Source: Amphiscolops sp. MND2022 (lineage: Eukaryota). Taken from it: 64,000 nucleotides of DNA. Below the pieces are notes generated by a model that saw nothing but the letters and a program-made list of their open reading frames with translations, had not been told where the DNA came from and made no database searches. Below are positions 50,900-61,867 of the stretch, in pieces (positions within the stretch are counted from its first letter, which is position 1; every line of letters starts with the position of its first letter). The translations under genes and the position numbers were made by a program. Location: NCBI GenBank assembly GCA_964187785.1, contig OZ076409.1:1674001-1738000 (forward strand), in the 5' to 3' direction.

Positions 50900-51660
50900 C
50901 CTACGACAGTTTCAGAACATTAAAGAATATTTGTAGAGGAAATAAAAAACTAATACTGGCACAGCCATCAGAGATGAGAAGATCAAGAGCATTGAGATGA
51001 CAAGGTCTGAAATTGCGATAATTCGGACAACAGAAGCAATAGTGGTAGCTTTGCTGCTCTGACGTTCCACAAATACACGTGGGTGATGGTGTGCAGCTGA
51101 GTTTCCATAAATTTTCAGCTAATCTTCGTTAGCTTCCGATTGGAAGATTGCTTATCATTTTGGCAAGCAAAGTGTTTCCATCAAGCAAAGGTTAGTGTAT
51201 CGTTTCTTGTGGCAAGTTAGTCATGAAATTACTGAGGAAATTGTCATTATGAGGACTGTTCCATCTACGGTTCCAGGTATTCCTAGTGAAGGCATTGATA
51301 GCGTCACGAGTATAAGAATGAAGCAGATGAGTTGATTCAAATCTTCTGGGTCTCGTCGAGGTTTTGACATGGCTCGCGGTAAGTAAATCATCATTATTCA
51401 CAGCTCTGAGTAAAAAATTTTTTTCAATTGAAGAACAATAAAAATCTATAGGAGGAATGCCCACAACACTTCAAAAGCTGGTTTTTTTGGAGACATGCTG
51501 TGTTTCATTTTGGAACGAATAAGTCGATATTGTACAATCTGTAAGCTTGCAAAGCTTGCATAGTTTCTTTGGGTCCATATCAGCTCCGTATAATATAACT
51601 GTGGTCTAATTGTGGTTTTATACAGATAGGCATTCGAGGCCCCAATAGACGTGTTTTTTA
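50900..51660 (-). mobile_element. LINE (I/Jockey-group-like) post-RT fragment
   Basis: LYKTTIRPQLYYGA...LQIVQ...GIPPID peptides; degenerate. Confidence 0.55.
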
Positions 51661-52150
51661 CAGGTGAGGGCCATGTCTATATAGTTAAGCTCAGAGAATT
51701 AGTAATTTGTTTAAAATTCGTCAATAGAATAATCCCCACCTAATTTTCTTCCCCGTCGATAGATAAATCCCCACACTCTTATGTGAGGAAAGCGCAAATG
51801 TATCTAAAGGAATAAAATCTTAACTAATCCAATCACTCCAATTGACATGGATGTGGCTGTCCTGACCCATAATACGGTTTGAGATACTTTTTTTTTGATG
51901 TTATTCCCGGTTTGGTTTACTACTTTGCTATTCAGATAACTTTTAAAATCGATCTATAAAATTTTTCACTTTTGGGAGAAACGTCAAAAACAAAAATAAC
52001 GTCTAAGAAAACGGGAAAACGTCTGAATCTTTAGACACCATTCCAGAAAATTGATATAAATTCAGAGGTTATTCCCGTTTTTAATTCAGACGTTATTCCA
52101 TAGACGTTATTCCCACCCGCCAAACTTGAATCATATATGGGCCAACCAAC

Positions 52151-55100
52151 TTGAAGACCTTGACGTCGAAAATGTTCTTGCAAATCTCGACTCCCGAAGT
52201 CCATTTGCTTGATGTCCAGTCGAGCCTCATCTTCTCGGGTTGTGGACTTGTTATCAAAGCGTTCACTTTCGAACGGCTGAAGATTCGGTGTTCGATTAAT
52301 AATATGTAGCATACCTCGTCCACCAGTTTGGCCATTTCGTTACTGATTTCATTTTGTCAGATGTGAATGTATCTCCTTTCAAATAATGCAACGCATGCAA
52401 AAGGGTAAATTTTTGCCCTGCGTACAGTAAGAATTTTCTCTTGCGGTCCCACCCGTACCTGAGAGCTTTTCTCAGACTCCGATAAGTCAAAGGTAAAACA
52501 TTGGAACGATAGGGCGCGAAACCAACTTGATGACCTTTTTTCAGAGGCCGGCTCCAGTGAATTTTGTTGTCTTTTAACCAATTCGGTTATAAGATGGTTT
52601 CGTTTCGTTTTCAACAAATTTCTTTTTTGTATTAACTCATCTATGGCAATTTGAAATGTTGATATTGTTATGGCATCGTTTTAATGAATTGGTTAGGTCA
52701 TTTTTTTGAGCGGGCCGAATAATGTGGCTGGTCATCAGGCATCAAGATATTTAGCCCACCACCTTTGATCGGTAATGAAAACACTTTGCGAAGACTTTTG
52801 ATCAATGCTAGTTTCGATAACAAATCATCGCTGATAGTTTATGTTTTCTGAAGTTAAAAATAGTTATTCGGAGTGGTCCTAGTGATGAATATTGTCTTAT
52901 GTTGAAATACTTGTGACTAGGTTTTGTAAACGGATTGTGGAGACACTTGGGAATGATCGGCCAGCTTTATATTCACTCTAACATTTTCATTTGCTTTGTC
53001 GACACTGCGATGAAGAAAACACATGCAGTGTCGCTACCTTTGATCGAGCCGAGTACTCTGTGTCCATCCAATAAATCAATATCTTGATCCGCTAAAACTT
53101 TCCATGCAGTCTCTATTGAGATTGTTTTGGGACAAATAGATCACAGCGTACCACTTCTGGCATGTATTGGGAAGAGCTACTTTTTTATCAGTGGTAGATT
53201 GCGATCCCAAACATAGCCGTAGCCAGCGGGTCTTCCTGTGTACTACCTTCTTCTGACAAAATGGTTTGCTGTCTTTGAATAGGTTGGAAGGACATGAATT
53301 GAATATACGTTGAATGTGAATTTTGAAGAGATGTGCTAGGTGAAGGACATATTGTTTTTATGTTTTTCAAGACAAAATTCCCGTTTGAAGCATTGAATTT
53401 TAGCATCGATGAGAGCTATAACGTTATTGCAGGCGGTTTATGGTACAAGAAAGGATTGATTGATTCAGTGGTTGCAAATTTTCTGGCAAGTAACGCTAAT
53501 GTTTTACTGATTTCGAGAAGGGTGTTTTGGAGACGATCAGTATTCTGTGCTATTCGTCTCCATTCAAGCCTGAAGGTCCACGTGATCCTTGTGGTTTCAC
53601 AGCAGAGCGTTTGATTGCACCGCAATATATCTTGTCTGTCAAAAACAGTAGGATGGTATGATAGCGTTCCTTCATAACAATTTCTCTCTGACTTTGACTC
53701 ATCGTCTGGTTTTGACTTCGGGTGTTTCTGTTCAAGTATGTTGATGACCGAATTGCCTTCAACGATGTGCTTTGTTGATAAAGGTCCTCCTGTTGCGTCT
53801 TCCGACAGGAATCTAATAACATGGGAGACCTTGCTTTTCCACATGTGATTGTCAAATGCTTTTAACTCGTTGAATAGTCTGTGATAATCCTCTTCTATGT
53901 CAGACTCTTCGTCTGAATTTATAGTTACGTCTACATCTGATCTGCTCTGGAATATCAGTTTTGCAGGTTGCTTCAGGTACTTCATTTTAGAAGCTCTGAG
54001 AGGAAAATCGTCGTTTTCAGAATCTAGGTTTTCGTTATTAGATGCGTGGACTCCTATAGACTGGGTTGTTTTGGACCCCGAAGGTTGCAAATCTTGTATT
54101 TCGTTGAAATCTGACCTTGGGTTTGTCATTGTAGATGCAGTTTTATTTGATTTAACATCTTTCAAAGTTGCCTCAAATTTACTATCCATTTCTTCTCTCA
54201 TTTTCTCGATTTTGCTATCATTCTTTTGTTCCATTATTTGGGTCCATACTTGAATTTCACTGTTGATTAAGCTGTGATCAGCTAATTGATTTAAAGAGCT
54301 GTTTTCACCAAAACCTTCTTGAAGATTGACGTTAGAATTAGTTAAAGTCTCATTACCTGGATTAGGTGTTTCTACCTGTGTTCCGTTCAATTCCCTGTCA
54401 GGAGATGGTGTTGCCAGTCTCCTGGACCTTCTGTTTCTCTTATTTCCCATCTTGCTCAAGCGAAAAGGTGTATTTTGGTTGTTGGGGAAGAATTTGAATT
54501 GTCTTGAAGTATTCCAAACTCCAAAAGATATTCCAAAGAAATGGTACAAATGTTGAAAGAAACTGCTTTTACAGTTTAGTTAGAGTGATGAATATGGCAA
54601 CTGATCACGATGAGAGTCAAAATTAGATAGAATGTCTATGCTAAAGTTATTTTACTTCAGAAAATTGGGAGCGTGACACTCCTTTTTAGAGGAATCACGC
54701 TAGCCTGGGAAGCAAAAATAGAATAGCATCATCATTACGTCAGGGTATTTATATCACATTCAAAACTGATGAATAGGTCCAATAAGACCCTGGAAAACTG
54801 CATTAGAAACTGTCAAGCGCATACTCGGAAATATAATTGAAATGTATAACGTCACAGCTCATTTTGAATGGTTATCATGCTAAAAACGCACACTGACGAG
54901 TATACGTTACTTATCAAACCGCGGGATACCGCATAGTGGTAATCCGCAAGGTGACGAGTAATCATCAGACATCGAACCGTAGGATGCCGCAAAGTTCAAT
55001 TATAAAAAACGCATGATTGTGATTATTCAAGAAAGCTCAAAACGTATAATGACGCATAGTCATCAGCACAAATGTTCATTTGATGGTGTTGAGTTCAAAA

Positions 55101-55563
55101 TTGATATCATTACGTAATCTATTAGTCATGCAATGATCTTTCTAGGTAAATTGTCTCAAGTTTTAATGCATTTTAGCCCTCCTTTGATGCATAGAGCAAA
55201 CTAATTACCAAAAGGGTTGTTTAAGACATTTGTTTAGCATCTTTCAAAATGACAAATCAAATAAATATCCCGCGAACAAAATGTTTATACAAGTTTTCAA
55301 GAAAGAATTGGGTGGTTAGTGTCAGTTTTAATCGTCTGGGTGAGAGCTCTTTCTGTTCTTCTTCAATCACTGCTGCACTTCGGGCCCAGCACAGCTGACA
55401 GGCTGAGACATAGTCTTTTTCTGGATGTTTTGTTTGGCCTTTGCTACAGTGCACTCGCTTCATCGAATAATTGGTCGATCAAGTTCCCATCTAATGAACA
55501 TGTCTAGACGTGTACCGAGTATTTCGTTGACTAAGTTATCTTGGAGTCCTCTCTGTTAGAAGT
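52151..55563 (-). mobile_element. Degenerate CRE-like non-LTR retrotransposon (RT plus restriction-like endonuclease), split by a solo LTR
   Basis: LFDEASAL.QR..RL|FNELKAF..M..KV, GPSG, SEEGSTQEDPLA, SSWFRAL, HALH, DEARLDI...FDVKVF. Confidence 0.8.
53880..55410 (-). mobile_element. Gypsy-type solo LTR (1531 bp) containing a gag-N-terminus-like ORF
   Basis: TG...CA ends; exact 5-bp TSD TAGTC (53875-53879, 55411-55415); removing it restores the LINE peptide SRKRL-FNELK. Confidence 0.85.
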
Positions 55564-55564
55564 G

Positions 55565-55980
55565 ACAAAGTTTACACCTATCATAGAAGGATGGTCGAAT
55601 GGTAGGACGCATTACTTCGCAATTTTTGCTTGCGTTTCTGATGAATCGAAAGCAGATAGTTTCACAAATTTCTGCCTGTTTTTCCCCCACTTTTGGATGA
55701 ATTTGTTCTCAAAACTCTGGAGCAAGAAGTTGCGGCGGCTGAGAAAAATGACAGTTCAGTGAAAATTGCGACGAAAAATCTACTTGAAAACGACGACAAA
55801 GCAGCAAAAAGTGTTACATCGACTGACATCCGACCAACATCAAAAGTTGCAGAAACATTTTTAACACTGCTAGTTTTGCCCTATCGGATGTCAGGGCACC
55901 TCTCTTAGCGTCGAACTTGGATCTGCTACTTTTTTTCTGAAGTTGTGGGATATAAACAAGGTTAGAACCATTGTTATGTC
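55565..55980 (+). pseudogene. hAT transposase remnants
   Basis: IEGWSNGRTHYFAIFA and IRPTSKVAE motifs. Confidence 0.55.
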
Positions 55981-56438
55981 AAACAACTGTGCTGAATCTT
56001 AGTCTTGACTAAACGGAGTTTTTCAATGAGAATCGCGATTATTCTATCAAAACGACAAAAGGTTCCGAATAATTTATCGATTGAAAAAACTGCTAAACAC
56101 AATCTAGATTGGTTTCTTTACATTTGTGATCTGAAATAAAAAATCACATCATCGTCACGCTCGTTGTTGTCAACTCGCCTTGAGGTGCCACGACGTTGGT
56201 TGCCCAATGGTTACACTGCTTGTTTTAAAATATTGATATTCTCACTTCGGACTACATCATGCAAGACATAAAGCAGGAAATTATTGAGTTGTTTCCCTGG
56301 ATTACATAGAACGCGGCCTTTAATCTTGTGCCAAGTAACTCATCATGTTAGCTGGAATAAAACGTAGTGGATGTACTGCGAACGCGAACCCGGAAAGCCT
56401 GCCAATTTCCCCGCGAGCATAGTCCAGTGAACCGGTAC

Positions 56439-58393
56439 GCAGCCCCTCAGGACGTTGAGGGTATCCCTTATCCCTTATCACTTCCCTCGGACCGTCGAAT
56501 CCTCGGACCTGAAAGCCAACGAAAGATAATTAGAACTAACCTGAGTGCTAGCCCCCATGCCTCTGCTGAATATGTCTTCATACAAAATCCCAGCATATTC
56601 AGGAAAGAGCCCATTGGGTATGATTACAAGCGGGAATTTCAATACTTCAGAAAAAGGGTATTGGTATTGACCAAAAGGGTATTGGTATTGAGTATTGGGT
56701 CACTACCAGGGTGGGGTATTGGTTTTGACCAAAAACAGGCCAATAATTTGTCAATTTTTGAGACTTTTGCTAACCGTTAGTGGGCAAAACGACAAATTAG
56801 AGTTATGAAACCTATTTTTTGAAGACTTATATATGACCAAACTTCAATTCAATATTTCTGGAGAATTTTATGTAGCGCCACTTTCGGAGGTATGGGTTTT
56901 TGGAGCTATGGGTTGCACCAAATATGAAATTCAAATTGAAAGGATTAGTAAGGAGACATTAGGGATTGGTATTGAAAAAAACTGTATTGATATTGGTTGT
57001 GACCCTTTAAGTATTGGTATTGTGGTATTGATATTGGTATTGCAATCCTTGTATACATTTCACTAAGCTTAGAGTCAATTGTCTAAATTTTTTCCTTGAG
57101 TCGTTTGTTTTAATATTTTCACGTCAAATGACAACAAATTCAACCAAGTGCATTCCAACTCAAGCATTGGCAAAAAACATCCTAATAAAGACCAAAACAG
57201 AATTGAAATTTTTAACGGAATGTTCGAGAATGGAAAAACGTTATTAAATGTAAAGCATAAACCTTTTCAGTGGCTCCGTTGCACCGCTGTCTTCACAAAG
57301 TGGCAACATTGAGGCAAGGCCAAATCACACGTCGCAATGCTTCGTTTCGCTCCTGCATTTAAGCCACTAGGGGTATGTGATTATAACTGGCCACGTTATA
57401 ACAATAACTTCGGCAAAGTGTCATGCGTTTCCGACCAAATGGTGTTGAGCCATGTGACCATTTACCTATAACGTTTCGCTTCAAAAAAATCAAACCAAGG
57501 AACCAAATGCATCAAGCCAAGTGGCCGTTTACCCAAGACGTTTGGTTTCAAAACATTTTACCATTCACCTTTAGTATGGCTGTGACCCGCCGATATAGCC
57601 TGCGAAGGAGTGCTTACACTATCTGGACTTGGCTCGAGTGCACCAATGGATCAAAGCAGCCGCCCAGGTACGACAGCCTAATTAGTGCATACGAGGGATA
57701 CCGAAGAAAAATGAAACAACCTGGAACGCACCGTACGGAGACTTACCACGCACCTTAAACAACATCATGAACGCCATTCTAGGGTCAAAACTACGCGCTG
57801 ATTGCAAGGAGCATTGTTTGATCAAGGAAACTGCCCGAAAAAATAATGGTTAAGAGCTTGCAAGCTCTGGAAACAACCATGATGCATTTCAAAAAGAGTC
57901 GTGATAGCAGCGGCAAGCTGTGTCGAACGTGCCCGACAGCCGACAAGCCGCTATTAATTGATGTCTCGCATGGAGACCCTGATGAAATCCTTACTGAAAC
58001 AGACAGAAGAAAACTTGCCAACGTTAAGGCCTGACACTGCCATTGTATGTCCTGTTCAAGAGTTTTTGATTATTGGATCTAACCCTGAGATACCAGTTTC
58101 TTCGCTGCGCCGAAGCACTTCGATCGAAAACCGAAGTGAAACTAAAACAGCAGATGAAGTCATTGATCGATCCAGTTGCAAGTCTCATGTGTAAGAATCT
58201 GGTACTGTAGCCAAGCAGGCGTGAAGTTCACGTAAGCACCGTTGAAGATCACCAACTCAGGCCGAAAACTTTGCAGAACGATGCTTGCCTTAAATTCTTT
58301 GATGCTGTTGAATAGAGCTATCTTTGTTTCGTTACTTTTGGTTGTATTTCGATGACGTTATCCTTAATTTGGATCGGGTGGTTGTAAGACCAG
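56439..58393 (-). repeat. Inverted copy of 34310-36277
   Basis: See partner feature. Confidence 0.9.
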
Positions 58394-58560
58394 TGTGCCT
58401 CTGCCCCTCGTGTTCCATCTTTTTTTCTTTACACCGCGAACGGTGTTCCCAAAAATGAATAGCCGAGCTGTAAAAGTAGTTTTAATCAAGTACGAACAAG
58501 ATGCATACTGTGTAGTGAGTTCTGTCAACTGTAAATCGTGGAGTAGTCTCGGACCCTGGT

Positions 58561-60836
58561 TGTCACGACCCGCTCCCGGTCGTAATTTTACTTGCTGCTC
58601 AGGGATACCAGGATTCGGCAGAGGTCGCGGACAAGGGCAAAGTAAATACTTTTGAACCTTATTAAACTAATAAAAATTCTACTTACAGTACAGCTAAATA
58701 AGCGCGAATAATTTCCCAAATACGGAATTCAACGTAAACATTACGGAAGATTTTCAGAAATGACTTTAAACTAGCTAAAACTTCCGGTCTAATGTTTTCA
58801 CACGCAACACCGCTTTATTTCCGGTTTTATCTTCTGAGTTTTCCATTCCAATCTAAACACTAAATAATTTTACAAACGGGATCATTTTGGCGCTCCACAC
58901 TAAAATGAAAACGCAGAAACGACATTTAACTCCGAGATCCCAACGGAGTCCATAAGATCTAAAATGAAAGGACATACAAAAACAGAGTGGAAATGTATTC
59001 GAATACTAGAATAGTTGTTAAATATCCACTTAAAACCTTAGTTTAGTGAATTTAAGTAAATATTCACAACGCTATGACAGCGTCACTCAACTAGGCTAGC
59101 AACGGGTGTTTCTATTTTTACGGACCAATAGCGTCACTTGCCGGCGGAATTATCTAAACTCGCACCAGTAGAATTACGCTTGGTTGCCCCTAGCAACGCT
59201 TACTAGCTAAGAAAAGAGAATAAAATCGCCTACGCTCTCCGTTTTCACTCCGCTTGCTACCGCTGCTCAGCTATAAGCAATCTTAATACATACGGAGCAC
59301 TTACGGAGCAGATTGTAATATTGTATTCCGCCGCTTGGCTATAAGTAATCTTTATACATACGGAGCATCTACGAAACAATTCATGAAGTGGTAGTAATGA
59401 AAGAGTAGCTAAAACGGAAACCAAATAAGGGTTTTTCGAATCGACGCATTCTAACATTTTCAGAAATAACTTTACCCAAAAAAGCTGTACTGTAAGAAAG
59501 AATTGAAAGTTCACAGTGTATTTTAATCCTGCATCGTAAAGGTGATACGTTAGCGCCACGTTGCACGAGACTCCCTTTTAAAAGATTACCACCGAATATT
59601 ATATCATTACGTTGTGTCGACGTAGTTAAAAGGACAACGTGGGGATAACGTTTGGTGCTAGTTGTGCTAAATAATCCTTCCAATTAATGCAGGTAGAGTT
59701 GGAAATGCCATGAAGCTCCCTTTGTACTGTGAACAACTCTCATTTCGATGTTTTTGTACTAATGTTGAAAAAACAACATCAGAAGTTTATACCTCGTGAT
59801 TTTCGTTACAATTATCATTGTGTTTGCATTTTGTGCAGTTTTGTATTAAATAAGTATTTTTGTCATGTATAATAATGGTTCTAAAGTGTTCTAGTGAAAT
59901 CCTTTCAGCATCATTTATCCTCCCTAATAACTAGACATTTTCATTCACTAAAATTCATAATTCCGTTTCATTTCCGTCGTCATTTTTGAGTGTCATTCTT
60001 TTGCATCGAATCTCAATTTCCTAACTTGGAAGCTGACTAATTGATCACGTCGGCGTGCCCACGCTGATGGAAATGTTAGCTAGACTTCTATTTTGCCGCA
60101 ATTTTGAAGATCAAACAGGAAATGGATTGCCTGAACAAAAATGATTTCAACAAAGTTTTACGGAACACTGACGCAACTAGGAATTTTGATACCTGATTTT
60201 ATGACGCGGGACTGAAATAATATGAATCATTAGCGCTTTTTGTTGAACAAACTTGCTTTTACGATACCTAGGAATTTTTAGGTGAGGAACAAATGATGCT
60301 GGGAAGGTATAAACATGTAGAACATACATGTAAGTTAGTTAGTCTTTTAATCTGCTTAGTAACAACTTGTTCTGTTCCGTTTTCAAAACGCGTTAGAAAA
60401 ACCCAAATCTTTGAAGAATTTAAATATTCCAGAGAATAAATCCTCTCTCTCTCTAAAATGACTACTAGAAGTCAGAAAAAGAAAGCAGTAGCCGAGCTAG
60501 TGTCAGGAGACTTTGAAGCTTCTTTAGCTGAGAACAATCCTACTGAAAATCTAACAGCTAGTTCCAGTAAAAACCCCAGACTTGAGCTTGAAAACCTGGA
60601 GGAGATGAAAACCACTCTAAGGAAAGAGATCATGTCTGATTTAACGAAAATACTTGCTGAAAATCAAAAAGAAATGCTTAAGCTGACAGCACCGTCAAAC
60701 AAGAAGCAAACTATTCACATGAATACTCTAGACTCAGACTCCGAACCAGAGAATGTTTCCGTAGCGAGGACGTCTACTCCAATTAAAATCCACACTGCGA
60801 CTAACTCTAAAACGACACCAGTGAATATTCGTAACA
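58561..60836 (+). repeat. Gypsy 5' LTR (~2.3 kb, inferred)
   Basis: TGTCACG...CGTAACA inverted termini followed directly by PBS-like TGGTGACAGGAGT; the 3' LTR is outside the window. Confidence 0.65.
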
Positions 60837-61867
60837 TGGTGACAGGAGTCCTCAATGAATCTACCAACCAACCCGCGAAAAGACCGAAACAACAACGCGC
60901 ACCCAACGAACAGACAAAAGACCGTCCTTCAACATCTAAGATTCTGTTCGCGCCACAACCGCAAACATTTCCAGCTACCAGTCTACTTCCGATGCCGAAA
61001 GCACTCACTGCTTTGCTCCCAGTCTTCGATGGTAAGTCCGAAAAGTTTGAACTTTTTGAGGACCTATTCCGAAATAATATCAAAATGTACCCTCACTTAA
61101 CCGAGATACAAAAAATCAACTACTTCCATTTACTCCTACGAGGAAACGCACTACAAGCGTATTGCAATCTAGACGACACTAAAAAAGACAACCTAGAAGA
61201 AGTCATAACGGCATTCAAACGTCGCTTTGGCGATTTCCAATCATCCGCTAAAGCGAGATGCGAGTGGGATGCACTACACTTCGACCCCACTAAACAAAAG
61301 CTACACGAATTTCTTGACGCGTTACAAAAAACCGCAAAAGAAGCGTTTGGCTCAGAAGCCCAGAAGTTCATCGACAAAGCCATATACGCTAAAATGCCGG
61401 ACCACGTAAAAAAGATCCTTAACAGAGCTTACCTAGAAGATAAGCCCTATAATGACATTGTTTTACACCTTGAACGCGAAATGCGACTCAACGGACTAGG
61501 AGCGCCTGATGAAACCACCCTAGTCCCCCTCAACACTGTGGACGCAGAAGTGGCGGATGATAAGAAAGAACAACAGCAGAGAGGTTACTGTTTCCACTGT
61601 GGGAAATACGGCCATTACAAGGCACAATGCCGTCGCCTCCGCAAAGACAGGTACTACGCCACAAAAACAAGTACCACCGACACCAAACAAACAGATACAG
61701 CTAAACCCAAATGTGATACTTGTGGAAAAATGCACAAAACAGAAAATTGCTGGGACGGAGCCAACGCGGCAAATGACCCCAGGAAACGCAAACGTGAGTT
61801 CAACATTCCAACAAACAAGATTGACGAACAACCCGTACCTGCAACGTCGTCCCAAGCAAAAAACTGA
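60458..61867 (+). CDS. Ty3/Gypsy gag
   Basis: LPVFDGKSEKFELFE capsid-like start; CFHCGKYGHYKAQC and CDTCGKMHKTENC knuckles; intact 469 aa. Confidence 0.9.
   Translation: MTTRSQKKKAVAELVSGDFEASLAENNPTENLTASSSKNPRLELENLEEMKTTLRKEIMSDLTKILAENQKEMLKLTAPSNKKQTIHMNTLDSDSEPENVSVARTSTPIKIHTATNSKTTPVNIRNMVTGVLNESTNQPAKRPKQQRAPNEQTKDRPSTSKILFAPQPQTFPATSLLPMPKALTALLPVFDGKSEKFELFEDLFRNNIKMYPHLTEIQKINYFHLLLRGNALQAYCNLDDTKKDNLEEVITAFKRRFGDFQSSAKARCEWDALHFDPTKQKLHEFLDALQKTAKEAFGSEAQKFIDKAIYAKMPDHVKKILNRAYLEDKPYNDIVLHLEREMRLNGLGAPDETTLVPLNTVDAEVADDKKEQQQRGYCFHCGKYGHYKAQCRRLRKDRYYATKTSTTDTKQTDTAKPKCDTCGKMHKTENCWDGANAANDPRKRKREFNIPTNKIDEQPVPATSSQAKN

Noticed and set aside
34310..58393. The 2-kb inverted repeats as Polinton TIRs
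   Set aside because: They lack AG...CT ends and a TSD, they are composite, and the AGTAGT terminus lies at the inner edge of the left arm.
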